A stretch of DNA of 59,195 bases, filler included, from Sphacelaria rigidula (lineage: Eukaryota): NCBI GenBank assembly GCA_964200075.2. It is 7 parts of 7 records of this genome, joined end to end, with 100 filler letters (N's around TTAATTAATTAA, not from the genome) between each part and the next. Parts side by side here need not be neighbours in the genome. Positions count along the whole stretch, not along the records: positions 1 to 8,372 come from CAXNAA020011358.1; positions 8,473 to 16,844 come from CAXNAA020011359.1; 5 more parts are not named here. One strand, given 5' to 3'. Positions 1-11,429 of the stretch are shown one piece after another (the first letter of the stretch is position 1; the number at the start of each line of letters is the position of its first letter). The notes under the pieces were generated by a model. It was not told where the DNA came from, searched no databases, and was given only the letters and a program-made list of their open reading frames with translations. Position numbers and translations under genes: made by a program.

Positions 1-89
1 GTTGTGCTCGGCTTTTCCCATTTCGATTTGCGTGAAGATTTTGGCCCCCAAAACCATGCACTTTTGGAGGGGGGCTATCGTAGAAAGTG

Positions 90-3000
90 TCGGGAGAACA
101 ACTCCTCCCTCTTACGGGCCATGCTAACTTGGCACCCGGCGATATTTGAGGAATCGCTTCTGCTTCCCTGATGCACATCCCACTCGAAACTTGCGTAACA
201 GAGCCTACCGAGCCCAACGCAACATCTCCGACGGAGTCGGTCCATTGTGTCGATTAACCTTATTTCGATCTCGCTTCTGCGACTCCACCCCAGGCCCACG
301 CCGTGAATACTGCCCGGTCGAATTCTGATCCCCCTGCTGAAAGTCGTCAACGCTCATCACCAGATTGTCGGAATAGTTGCGAGCAAATGTGGAACCAACT
401 GCCGCCACACATGCGTGATGTCAATTTCGACTATCATGGGCCCGGTTGGGAACCAGCAGTTATCCGAGGACTCGGCGATGTCCTGCAACAGTACCAATAC
501 CGATTTTCCCGATCCAAGACGGATCTTGGGCATTGCAAAACGCTGCCCTTTGAGGTCACACTCCAACCCGGAGTCTCGCCAATCTCTTCTCGACCATACC
601 GGACAAACTCAATCCTCACCAAAATAGTAAATGCCATCTTAGATGCATATTTGGGAGCGGGATCAATACAACATTCCTCCTCTCCTTGGGCGTCGCCACT
701 CATGATCGTTCCCAAAAAGGATGGAAACATACGCATAACCGTGAACTACCAACGGTTGGACCACGCTACTGTGGAGGGTAAACTTCCAGTCCCCCGCATT
801 GATGAAGTTTTCGACTCCTTAGGCGAAGCAAAAATATTCAGCACCTTCGACCTCGCTTCTAGATTATTTCAGAATGCTATCCACCCTGACACAGTCCCAC
901 TAACGGCCTTTTGTACTCGTCCGGGCTTTACGAGTGACTCCGAATGCCACAAGGCGCTGCCACTTCTCCAGGATGCTTTCAACGCTTAATGCAACGCGTC
1001 ACAGAGAGCCTCGAGCACATCATCATGTACCTAGATGACGCTGTGATGCGTGAGAGAACCGCGTGCTTAGAGGATCGCGCCGTAGTTCAAAACACCTCAT
1101 GATGGACGTTTTTCAAAACCAATCGGGCCAGTCCCTGCAGGTACCACACCCCTGACCACAACCTCAACACTATCCCTAACCCTAACCCCAACCATAGGGA
1201 TATTCAAATTCCAATACGGTCCTCTAAGCACGCGGTCCTCTAAGCACGCGGTTCTCTAACGCATTACAACGCTATCGCTTTCGATGCCTCACCTATTGCA
1301 CATATCCGCACTCTACGAGAATTTCTATCTCGCTAACGAACGCACGACTTGAAACTGTCTCCGTCCAAAGCTCGCCTTGATGCGACTGACTTGGATTTCC
1401 TGGGGCATTCCATTCCGCCAGCAGACCTACATCCGGATACAAAGTCAGGGCGATGCCTGACTTGCCGATGCCGACCAACATTTCTCAACTTTGCTCATCG
1501 TTGAGCGGACTATCCTACAACCCCATTTTTTTGCCGAACGTATCCGAACGGATTCGCCCCTTACTGAGTTACTCGAGAAAGGAGCCGTGGTTGCCTTCAC
1601 CACCGATATGAAAAATATTACCCGCGAATTGCTGAAAGCGCTTACCGAAGAGCCGGTACTCTTCTTTCCTGATTGGGAGGCAGTACAAGACGGCCCTCGC
1701 TTTTTCCAACTCCACACTGACGTCAGCACAGACGGATTTGGAGGATTTTTTCATCAACCCCAGGTTGATGGCTTCATTCGACCCATCCTATACATCAACC
1801 GCCCCACCCTGCCCAACGAGGCCAACTGGAGCCCGCTAGAATTGGAAGGCGGAGAAATCACCTGGGCTATTAAGCGCCTGCCACAACATCTGTTTCACGT
1901 GACCTTTGAGATTTACACGGATCATGGGACACTCGAAACAACTCGCCAAGGTTGGCGAACACAACTCGCGTGTACAACGATGGTTGAAGTTTTTAACAGC
2001 ACACCAGTATACCATTAAGCACCGTCCAGGCAGAACCAAGGGGAACGCTGATCTTCTTCCCCGACTACCCCTGCCACCTACGGTAGCGGATTCCAGCCTG
2101 GCTTGCCGTTTCACGGAACCCGATGAACCGATGATTTACACGATTAGACGTTTTCAACGCCCGTTTATGCCCTCGACCTTCAGCGCCCAAAAACTGGTGT
2201 GCACATGGGAGGACCTTGCCCTCTACCATAGGACGCCGTCTTGGGTGGTTTAAAGCCCACAACCTCCGATTTCGTCGATTTCCGCACTGTTGGTCCTCGC
2301 GCGCAGCTTTTCACGGAGACACCTCCGGTCATCCACCTAATCCCCGACAACACGCGCTCCCGGTCTGCCGATCGCACCACCCCCCTGAGTGTCCCGCCGC
2401 CCCCGATAACACCCGCAAATCCCACGAGCCACGCAGCACCGGTCCCACAGACTCGCACGCAACGTTCCGCGAAAACTACTGCAACGTGCACCACGCGCCG
2501 CGGACAATCTTCGCTGCGCACTGCTACAACACCGTCGCCAGTAACGGCACCACCAAAACCTACCGCTCCTGAGCATGGAGCCGACGACTCGGCCCCTGCT
2601 CCCGGGGCAGATGTTGACGTCGGTATTTCTGCACCGTCACCTATTCCCCCGCTGCCTACCCCCAGCATGTTTGGTCGGCTCTCCAGCGGAAGGTCAACTG
2701 CGCGAGTTTCTCGCCAGCTACTCTGACCGCAATTGGGCTCGCGAACAAAACGAGGAGCCTTGATGTCGCGTAGCCATCCGGCACTTACAGCTTGGCTGTA
2801 TAGTTCCTTTTGCATCCCCCCTTCTGGCCCCGGTTAGCACACTATCACCACCAGATATCTCTGGCGTATACGAACTCGTGCGTAATGGCACCACTTTCAC
2901 TACGGAGGAAGGGGCATAACTACTAGTGCGTCGCCCCACGCTTGTGACGGGCGCACTTTCCGTCTCAACCACGGGACGCCACGCACGACTACTCGATAAC

Positions 3001-4247
3001 GAGCCAACAAGCATATATGTTCCATAATTGATGCACCCCTCGGTCATAAACGGCTGTCACACAGACTTGCCATGTCACCTTGGCATCACTCGCACCCTAT
3101 CGCTCCTGGAACGCTCCTACTGGTGGGTTTGCATGGAAATTTCCACCCGCTTCTGGGTTCGGCGATGCTTCAAATGCCAAGCTCGAAAACCTTCACAGCA
3201 GACACTGGCCCGTCATCTCTATGGAACTCCCCAACGCCCCGGGCCACCTTGTGCCTCTTGACTACTTTGGCCCTCTACCGGCCACGGGTCGCGGTAACAT
3301 CCACACCTTACCCTTCACTGACCGCTTCAGCCGCCATGCGTCCATGTACGCAGTTATCGCGGCAGATTTCACTGCCGCTGGAACAGCCGATATATTGGCC
3401 CACGACTACATTAAGCACTACGGTTGCCCGAAGTGACTCGGTTCAGACAATGGTAAACAAATTGCCCAGATCTCTCTGATGAGCTTTACAAGCTCCTCAG
3501 CATCCGCAAGATTGCCACGAGCGCCTACCACCCGAAGGGTAACGGTGATACCGAAAGCGTTGATCACACCATGGCCCAGATGCTCTCTATGGTCGTCGAT
3601 GACCGCCAAAATGACTGGGACCTATGTCTCTCGCACACCATGTTGTCCTACGGCAACTCGGTTAACGCCGCTCCAGCCCTTGCCCCGGACAACCTCCATC
3701 TTGGACGTTACCCTCGGCTGCTCATCGCCGTATTTGAGCGTCACACGTTCGATGGCCACCAAGGATTGGATCAGGATCAGATATCCTATCACGAACTAGC
3801 GCATTCACGACAACGCAAAGCGTTTACCCTCATGCACGAACAATGCGCTACCAAAGCCTCGCACCTTGAGAGATCTAACACTGCTCTCTTCAATCTCATG
3901 CACAAACGCCCCAACTGGAAAGTTGCTGAGTGGGTTTGGATCTATAACAGTTTGTCGACCACCCGCCAAGACACGAGCAAGGCAGCCAATGAAACAATTT
4001 TAACGACAAATTTGTCCCTCAGTTGGACAGGACCATTCAAGATCCTGACAGTCGGATGATAAACCCGTTGGCGACAAATTGCTCTATCTCGACCTGCCTC
4101 GCGACCTCCGGGGCAAGGGCACCAAACCCCGCGTCTCCGTGTGCAGATACAAACCCTGCACGAACCCGCATGATACAAGTGACATGCCCAAGTACTTGCC
4201 TGCCGGACTGACACAGTACGTTCTCAACAGCTACTCGACCAAGTCCC
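90..4247 (+). mobile_element. Degenerate Ty3/Gypsy LTR-retrotransposon pol region (RT, RNase H, integrase), frameshifted and 3'-truncated
   Basis: RT motifs SSSPWASPLMIVPKKDGNIRITVNYQRL, P.PRIDEVFDSLGEAKIFSTFDL and MYLDD (1025-1039). RNase H motifs FQLHTDVS..GFGG, NWSPLELE and FEIYTDH (1491-2040). Integrase zinc finger H..H..C..C (3028-3190), integrase core (3200-3700) and GPF module WTGPFKIL (about 4023-4050). Domain order RT-RH-INT is Gypsy-type. Many stops and frameshifts; no LTR was identified. Confidence 0.93.
1042..1268. mobile_element. 227-bp non-autonomous TIR element with TGT...ACA ends and 4-bp TSD ACGC (Ginger-like MITE) inserted in the RT gene
   Basis: About 38-bp imperfect TIRs (TGTGATGCGTGAGAGAACCGCGTGCTTAGAGGA / TCCTCTAAGCACGCGGTTCTCTAACGCATTACA). 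ACGC occurs at 1038-1041 and 1269-1272. Removing the element restores the RT frame YLDDAIAFDASP. Confidence 0.88.
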
Positions 4248-5747
4248 TTGCAGTTGATGCTTTATGCCGCATCATAGCAAGCCTGCGCCTATGCTGCAAT
4301 GACAAAGGCGACGCCGACGGCACATTTACCTCAGTTATCCCCCCGTCTACTGTCCGTATTCGGAGACAGTCGCCGTCGGGCCCTGTGCGTATGTGTTCAC
4401 CTACTCCTCTATACTGCGTGTGATCATGATATTTTCAGCTTCTTTCAAGTGTAACCTCACGTCATGCACGTCACTGCACTCTGTCGTGCTCATTTATTCG
4501 ACACCGTACTGTGGTTTGATCATTCCATAACGGCGACGCGGATGACATGTGGCTCACCGTTCTACATACCTCTGGTGCACTGTAGGCGGGGGCCGTCACT
4601 TTGGTATATCCGACACAGGCTGCCACTTCGTAGGCTGCGATCTCACGGCATATCTCATCCTGCGCTTTGTGCTGTACGTTTCCACGACGTCACCCCTGTA
4701 CTGCGGGTTGATCATGCCTGAACGTTGCACAGCCGTACTTTGTGGTGCGTGAGCTTCATAACCCGGTTGGCGCTATCGCGTTCGAACCGTCTGTCCTCGT
4801 GGGCGGCCTCGGGGTTTCATACAATGATATCACACAGTCTCTGTCTTCTTACATGGAAGGCCGTGAAATCCTTATTCAGTCATACTACTCATAGACTGTA
4901 GTGAAGGGCGTTTACTGACTGTAGCTATAGTTGGGTCAGGCTGGTTGCGAAAGGCTGTCCCGGTCGGTTGTCAACCGTTTGCTAGTATATCGCCTGTCTG
5001 GACGCTTGCAACCACGCCCGCCTGGTGTCTCCTACATAATCCTGCGTGCCTCGCAGCGTCTTCTCTTGCCACGGGTTACTGTGTTGGCGTTTGGTAGGCG
5101 AGTGAGGGGAGTGGTGTGCGCCCGGGGGCAATCGGCAACCTCAACCGCTCTATAAGCTTCGTCTGCGAAACGTCTAGCAGCGTCCTGACTGTGGTTCTCA
5201 GCCACCTCTTCCATCTGAACTTTAATTGCATATGGGTCGCTCATCAGCGATTCCACATGTGGTGACGGGATTTCCACTTGCGCGGCCATATCATTGTCGC
5301 CATATAGTGTGGCTTCCTATACGCTCGCCAACTCTTGATGATGCAGCCCATCACAACGGTGCACCAGTCTTATTTCAAGTATACTAGTGCACCAGTCTAA
5401 GTTTAAGTATGCTGATGTGGCATACTCGTTCACCGAACTAATATCGACGTTTCTCCCACTGACGAAGATCACATACGGGAGTTTGTACTGCTTTGTGAGA
5501 TTTCTGTCGATGCATACAATTGGACAAGCTTCGCCCGTTGCGTGGTATTATTGGACAAACCCAACCCGACCGCTCCGGAGCTTTATTTTCGGTGCATCCA
5601 TGGCGCATGCCTCTGGAGTCTTCTTTGGTCTTTCACATAAAAAATGGTTGCCGTCGGTCTTTGCTGTTCCTATCTTTTTTCCTTTGTCAGAACTTGAAAT
5701 AATAAGGCGTCTGGACCGGGGACGGGAGGGGAGGGTTTCAAAGGGGT

Positions 5748-6200
5748 TAAGCTCACGTCCTCGCACAAACGCGCAAACCCTCACGCACTTATTAGGAGTA
5801 GTTAGACCTTCAAACTCTGCACAAATGTGCTATGGGTCATTATGCAAGGTTCGATCGACGTGGTTTTTCTATTTCGTGACCTTTTTAACCGTTTTTCGGG
5901 GGTCCGACGGGATCCAAGTCGTTTTTCGAAGCCGTCTCCGTTCTAGGACCCCGGGAAACCGGCACAACGTTTTTTGTTGTTGTTTTCGCAAACGCCCTAT
6001 CGCCGCAAAAGCCAAGGAAGAGTCCCACAAAGTTTCATAGCCAAACTCGATCAACTAATGCTTGAACTTTCATGTTCGCGTCAAAAAAGGCCCCAAAACG
6101 CCATTTTGATTGTAAAATCTAGTTGTTTGCGGTTTCACCGTGGCACGACAAGATTCATCACACAAACGCGAAAATCTTCACGCCGTTTTAAGCCTTTCGG
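5748..6200 (+). repeat. Dispersed non-coding repeat family, probably a non-autonomous DNA transposon body
   Basis: Colinear similarity with 44850-45270, for example CACAAACGCGCAAACC, GTCCGACGGGATCCAAGTCGTTTT, AAACTCGATC.ACT.ATGCTTGAA and TAGTT(G)TTTGCGGTTTCA. An inverted partial copy lies at 47025-47160. Confidence 0.8.
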
Positions 6201-7519
6201 GACCTACCCCCCACGAACACGCGGTTGACCATGTGTTAGTGAGATAATGAAAAATAAGTAAGGGAGCGACCTGCCCAATCACGGCGAGGCGAATTGTTTT
6301 CGACCAGACCCGAACGACCAGCGCGGGGGCTGTTACCGAGTGAGACATCAGTGCAAAGGTCGTGTGGGGGCCCTATCCCTGGCCAAGATAAGCATTCCCA
6401 GGTGTATGCAAATCCCGGATGCTCGGGAAATGGCTTATCGTATTACATGCGTTCAGTATAGCGTTCCCGGGATTTCCCGGGAGGTTTTTTGGGTCGCCAG
6501 CCTGTAACGGCCTAGATCCGATTTTGAGGTTTAACATTGGGGAGAGGTTGAGGTGGTCATCGAAATTTCATTCAGTGTGTTCAATAGGCTCGGGGTACGC
6601 AAGCAATTTCGGCCATGGCACTTGTGCCAAAAGCGTTTACACGGCAGCCCAAGCATAATGAGCGGTTAAAAAAAAATCACCGTCTGGGCGCGGCATGTTT
6701 TTAACAATACGTGCCTCTAAGCGCTACAGAACACGTAACAGGGCGATGTCCCAGTCGCGCAACTGCCGCTGACGCAAGTACGGTGCTGGCGGTTTGCCTA
6801 CATGTATATTTTCGAAGAAAAGGAAAGTAAAGGACAGGGAACATGATACAGCAACGTACTCGCCTGCTGCGCCAAAGGGCACGATGCTAAAATGCCATAC
6901 CCTTTGTGCTGCGCCGACACCAGCGTGAGCTACCGCGCCTCATCTTGTTCTAGCGTCTACAGCTCGTAGAGTGGCGGGTATATCTAGGCGCATAGCTGAT
7001 CGAAAGCGAGCATGCTGAAAAGAAACGTCTTTGGACTAGTCATCACGTTTTCGAGAGCCTCTTGTTTGCATCTGAGAGATACTTTATTCTGTTGCGCCGG
7101 TGACGACCGCCGTCAGCGAAACGATCCAATACGGCGGTCTTCGCCAAGTCGTTTTTATTCGTTCACAATGTGCAAACGAGGTAGGTGGCAAACAAACCAC
7201 TGTTGTAGTACATCACTTCTCATAACTTTCGCAGCTTCGCACAGTTGTATATATATATGCAGATATGCTACATCACTTACTTGCAGTAGTGTTGACCACT
7301 ACGTAGGAGGTGTGCGGGAGAGACACGGCTCCATCTATTGCACACGGTCGCAACTCCCACCACCGGGTTGGCAAGCCTGCTGCCTGCAAACCTCTCCTAA
7401 TAATGTAGTACAGTATGCTCAGGGTTAAGTGTATGGTTTTTCGAGATATACGGAAGCACGATGTCGGGGACAAAAAACGTCATTTTTTCACCCCGAAATC
7501 GAGGCAAAAATGTTCTTTC

Positions 7520-8372
7520 GCACATACCCTTTGGGGGAATGGAAGGCTATAAATCCCCCGAAATAATTTTAGGGAGGTCGAGAGGAATGGGGTGGTCCAT
7601 ATGAAAGTCACTTGTCATGAATTTAGGTCAAGGAAAGCACGGCTTTTGAGATGAACCTCATTTTGTTTTTCAACCCCATTTTCAAGAATCTACTGTTTGT
7701 ATATGATTAGACTGTACGATTAAAGTCTGCACTCTACAGTTATACAGGCACCACAAACTTCGTTGGTGCCTCGTTGTTCTGCAGTTTTCCATCTATCGAC
7801 CATGGCGGGTAGGCCGACGGTTGGTAGTCGAATGAAGAAAATGAAAAAATGAAGGAAAAGCGTGACGTATTTACGGTGGGACGTTTGATGCGGAAATGCC
7901 GAGCGCCAAACCCCAATTATCAAATTTCAGGGTGAAGAGCGTTTTGAACACGATGCAGAACATGCACACTACACCTCGAAGTGATGCAGCAGATATATGC
8001 CTCATCCGAAAAAACGATAACAAACGGTAACCGTCGATCACAAAAGTCACAAGCATTCTATTCAACGACAGGCGAGTTCTTCCGTCCGGACGTGGAGATT
8101 TTTGCGCTCTTGTCCCCAGGTACTGCCAGCCTTGGCTTACTTGTTCCCAACCTTGGCTTCTCATGGAGAGTCTCTACTGTTGCATACTACAGATGGTAGT
8201 GGATTCTCGAAAATGGGCTTGAGAAGCAAAATGAGGTTCAACTCAAAAGCCGTTCTTTCCCTGACCTAAATTCGTGACAAATGACTTTCATATGGACCAC
8301 CTCATCCCTCCCGACCTCCCTAAAACTATTTCGAGGGATTTATAACCTTCCGTTCCCCCAAAGGGTATGTGC
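7520..8372. mobile_element. Long-TIR (foldback/MITE-like) element, right end cut by the contig end
   Basis: 7520-7693 is an imperfect reverse complement of 8199-8372 (GCACATACCCTTTGGGGGAA... / ...TTCCCCCAAAGGGTATGTGC). Confidence 0.8.
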
Positions 8373-8472
8373 NNNNNNNNNNNNNNNNNNNNNNNNNNNN
8401 NNNNNNNNNNNNNNNNTTAATTAATTAANNNNNNNNNNNNNNNNNNNNNNNNNNNNNNNNNNNNNNNNNNNN
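8373..8472. other. Artificial contig linker N44-TTAATTAATTAA-N44
   Basis: Identical 100-bp linker with stops in all frames, recurring every 8470-8472 bp. Confidence 0.98.
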
Positions 8473-8803
8473 GTTGCTTGCCTTAGTCATTTGACCATTG
8501 ACCACGCATCCCTTTCGAGACAGAGCAGGGGGGGGGGTACCCATAATCTTGCCGGGACGGAGCACGCCAGGTTTTTGCCGCATCACGTTCGCAATTCACC
8601 AATCAATCACCAAGTGCGAAGCGCCGTGGTGTGTTGTGCGAGCCGCATGAAGGGTGACCTGCATCCCGCCAAGATTGTGGGGCCCGAAGCGTACTGATTA
8701 TCTTGTACATGGATGGCAGCCTACAATGAGTTGCCGTTTTCTGGTTATCGCCAATTCCAGAGAGCCACAGGTTACACACTGCCTCATGAGTGTCTCACCA
8801 CTG
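8473..8803 (-). repeat. High-copy unclassified interspersed repeat (family A)
   Basis: Reverse complement aligns with 27408-27700. Fragments also occur at 33713-33785, 42356-42430 and 50826-50862. Confidence 0.85.
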
Positions 8804-10527
8804 CGGGGGGGAATGGGGAGGGGGGCACTCATGATTCTGCATGCCGTAGCCATGAGGGCTTTGACCTCGCAGTCCCACAAAGCCGACGGAGCACGCCAGA
8901 CCAAAGTAGGGGTGTGGGGTGTGGGGAGCAGGTAATGGGACTTTCTACCCGGAGGACAGTCAGCAGGACCTTGCTCGTTGCAAAAGACAAAGCATCCAAG
9001 AAACACATTATGTAGAGCATCTTTAACTTCGACAACACAGCACTTGCCTGCCGACAGCAGTTGTTCGTAACACAATAGCAGTACAGCAGCTCAGATAATT
9101 CTAGCAGGGATCAGGCAGTTTCGGCAAGGTCTCAGCACATGACTGTGTAGTGACAGATGCAGCATATGAGAGAGAAAGTCAGTCTGTGTGTGCTGTAGTA
9201 AAGCAAAACATGACATGTCCCATTTTACTTCCTGCGACAAATTCTAAAACAGGCTCTCAAACGTTTGGAATCGTCCCCCACAGTGTTATTCCTTTTCAAT
9301 AATATGGAGGCAGTATTTTTGGAGATTAGGCGCACCAACATAGTACACCAGACGTCTGACGATACTAAAACTTCACGTATGTGTGCACTGGAGCCGCAGG
9401 TAGGTACTGACGCAGCAGTGTCGGCGACTCAAGGCGTCTTGTTCGCTGCGTGGCTTGAAAAGATGATTATGCACGATGCTGCAGTGACTCCGAAAACACG
9501 AACACTTTATGATGACAATTTTAGAGGGCAACGATATGAAATCCGCGCGGAGGCAGGAGTAGATCTTGACATCCTTGTTGTTTACATCGGCTCCGTGTTG
9601 GTCGAGGCTGGCACCAAGGCGGGAAGTAACCACCACTTAAGGTTCTCCACGTGTTAGAGGCGGATGCCCTCGAGTTTTATACGCCGTGCCGAGCAAGACG
9701 CGGCCGCACAACGCAGCCAAGGAGAAGAGTGTCTTCCGTCAAGGGCCATTGCGGACCTGTTCGGGCAGGGGGCAACGTCTCCTCCCTCACAGTAGTGCCA
9801 GACTTAGCGTGGCGGTTACCACGACGGTCTGAAAATGACAGGGGCAGTTGCTGTAGTTCTTTCATCAGAATCAATCGGATATTCTTCGGTGGTGTGCTCC
9901 CACGTCAAGATATTTACCCTTCTCTGGCAGGCGCGTGATAGCCCTCATGCAGAGTTTTCATTTGGTTCCAGAATAAGACAGAGTGTGAGCTGCAATCTGA
10001 TTTTTTTTTTCAAGGACGGATCGCGGGTATTCTAGACCAGCGGAGGCATGGCTCGCACCGTAGTCAGTACTACAGTACTCCATGTACTGGCAGTAGGAAC
10101 ACAAAGTGTCAACTTCGTCGGGTAATACCGTGCGCGGATACATATCGTGCAATAAACGCTTGCCCTTTTCGTAGTGATATGCATTATTTCCCATCCGGCT
10201 GCCAAACGCGCGATGGCTGGTCTGTAGCGCCAGGTATCCGTGCTGATGTGGAGACGTCTCTTTCAAGGACGTCTGCTCCTCTAGTCTCACCATATTTTAG
10301 GCCTCAGAGTATGACGGTCTTTAGTTGATGCCGCGGATGAATTATAATTTCAGTACAATGCCCCCATAATAATGAAGAGGAACAACACTGCCCAGTCCTA
10401 AGCGCATGGCCGGAATTCCGCAAGTTTTTGGGTCCGTTTAGAATTTTGGGGGCCTAAATCTTGACGATTTTGTTCCACAATAATCGTTTTTGCGACCAGC
10501 CGTTCGAAATTGTTGAAAAATAAAATC

Positions 10528-10986
10528 TGAACGGCTCCCATTAGAGTCGGTCTTAGGCCAACTCTAATGGGAGCCGTTCAAAATTGCTATTGGAAACTGC
10601 CTTGTGGGCCCACCTCCGTCAAATTACGCCCGCAAAGAGGGCTAGGCGGATGTTGACGCCTTGGAATGGCTTGCTCTACTCGTTGAAGCCGTTCAATGGC
10701 AACTTTGCATTTCCCGCTGACCGCAGTTCTGTTTTTGGTCAAACGAGGCCAAACACAGACTTTCAATGAAAAACGGCCAGGTGATTAAAATTTCCCCCTT
10801 GTATTTAATCACTGAACCGTTTTTGAATTGAAAATGCGTGTTTGGCCAAAAATGAAAGCGCGGCCAGCTGGATGTGCAAAGTTGCCCTGGAACGGTCTCA
10901 ACGAGTAGAGCAAGTCATTCCAAGGCGTCAACATCCGCCTAGCCCTCTTTGCGGGCGTAATTTGACGGAGAAGGGCCCAAAAGGCA
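10528..10986. mobile_element. Palindromic foldback/MITE-like element: small hairpin 10528-10580 plus about 390-bp hairpin 10598-10986
   Basis: 20-bp perfect arms TGAACGGCTCCCATTAGAGT / ACTCTAATGGGAGCCGTTCA. 55-bp perfect inverted match of 10614-10668 with 10916-10970, with imperfect pairing continuing to a centre near 10795. Confidence 0.85.
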
Positions 10987-11429
10987 CTTTTGTACGGAAA
11001 TTTAGAACAGCTTAGAAATGGCCTTATATTGCATATTTTCCCTCAAGTATAGTATAAATAGTGGCCAAATTTTGATCACTCGACCGTTCGTTATCGAAAA
11101 CGCAAGTTTTACTTTTCGAATACACTTCCTCATTGCCCCATCCTGTCTGTTACCAGATCTCCTACCTACTCAATATTCCTCTGGTAGAATGGCTTGCGAT
11201 GATGCGTCCTTCCGCATCATTCTTTCATGAGTGGGCACATTGTAACATAGTTGTTTCATGAGGGCTTAGCAATACGTGTCTTTACCTCTTTTTGTCCTTG
11301 TAATCATATATACCCAGTATATTCCAAGCGCCTGTGAAAAAAAGGCGCACGACAGTCCCGACTGCCTTGTACATACTGTACATAGTATCTTACATAATGT
11401 GTGAATATAAACGTGGTAATACCACTCAC

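Noticed and set aside
2241-2726. Pro/Thr-rich ORF as a separate gene
   Set aside because: It lies between RNase H and integrase and is best read as the low-complexity linker of the Gypsy polyprotein.
8417-8428. TTAATTAATTAA recurring at about 8.47-kb intervals as a biological motif
   Set aside because: It is embedded in N runs and is a synthetic linker.
9370-9830. Ankyrin-like fragments on the minus strand (LDQHGADVNNKD, GHPPL)
   Set aside because: Too short and interrupted to support a call; could be a relic or chance.
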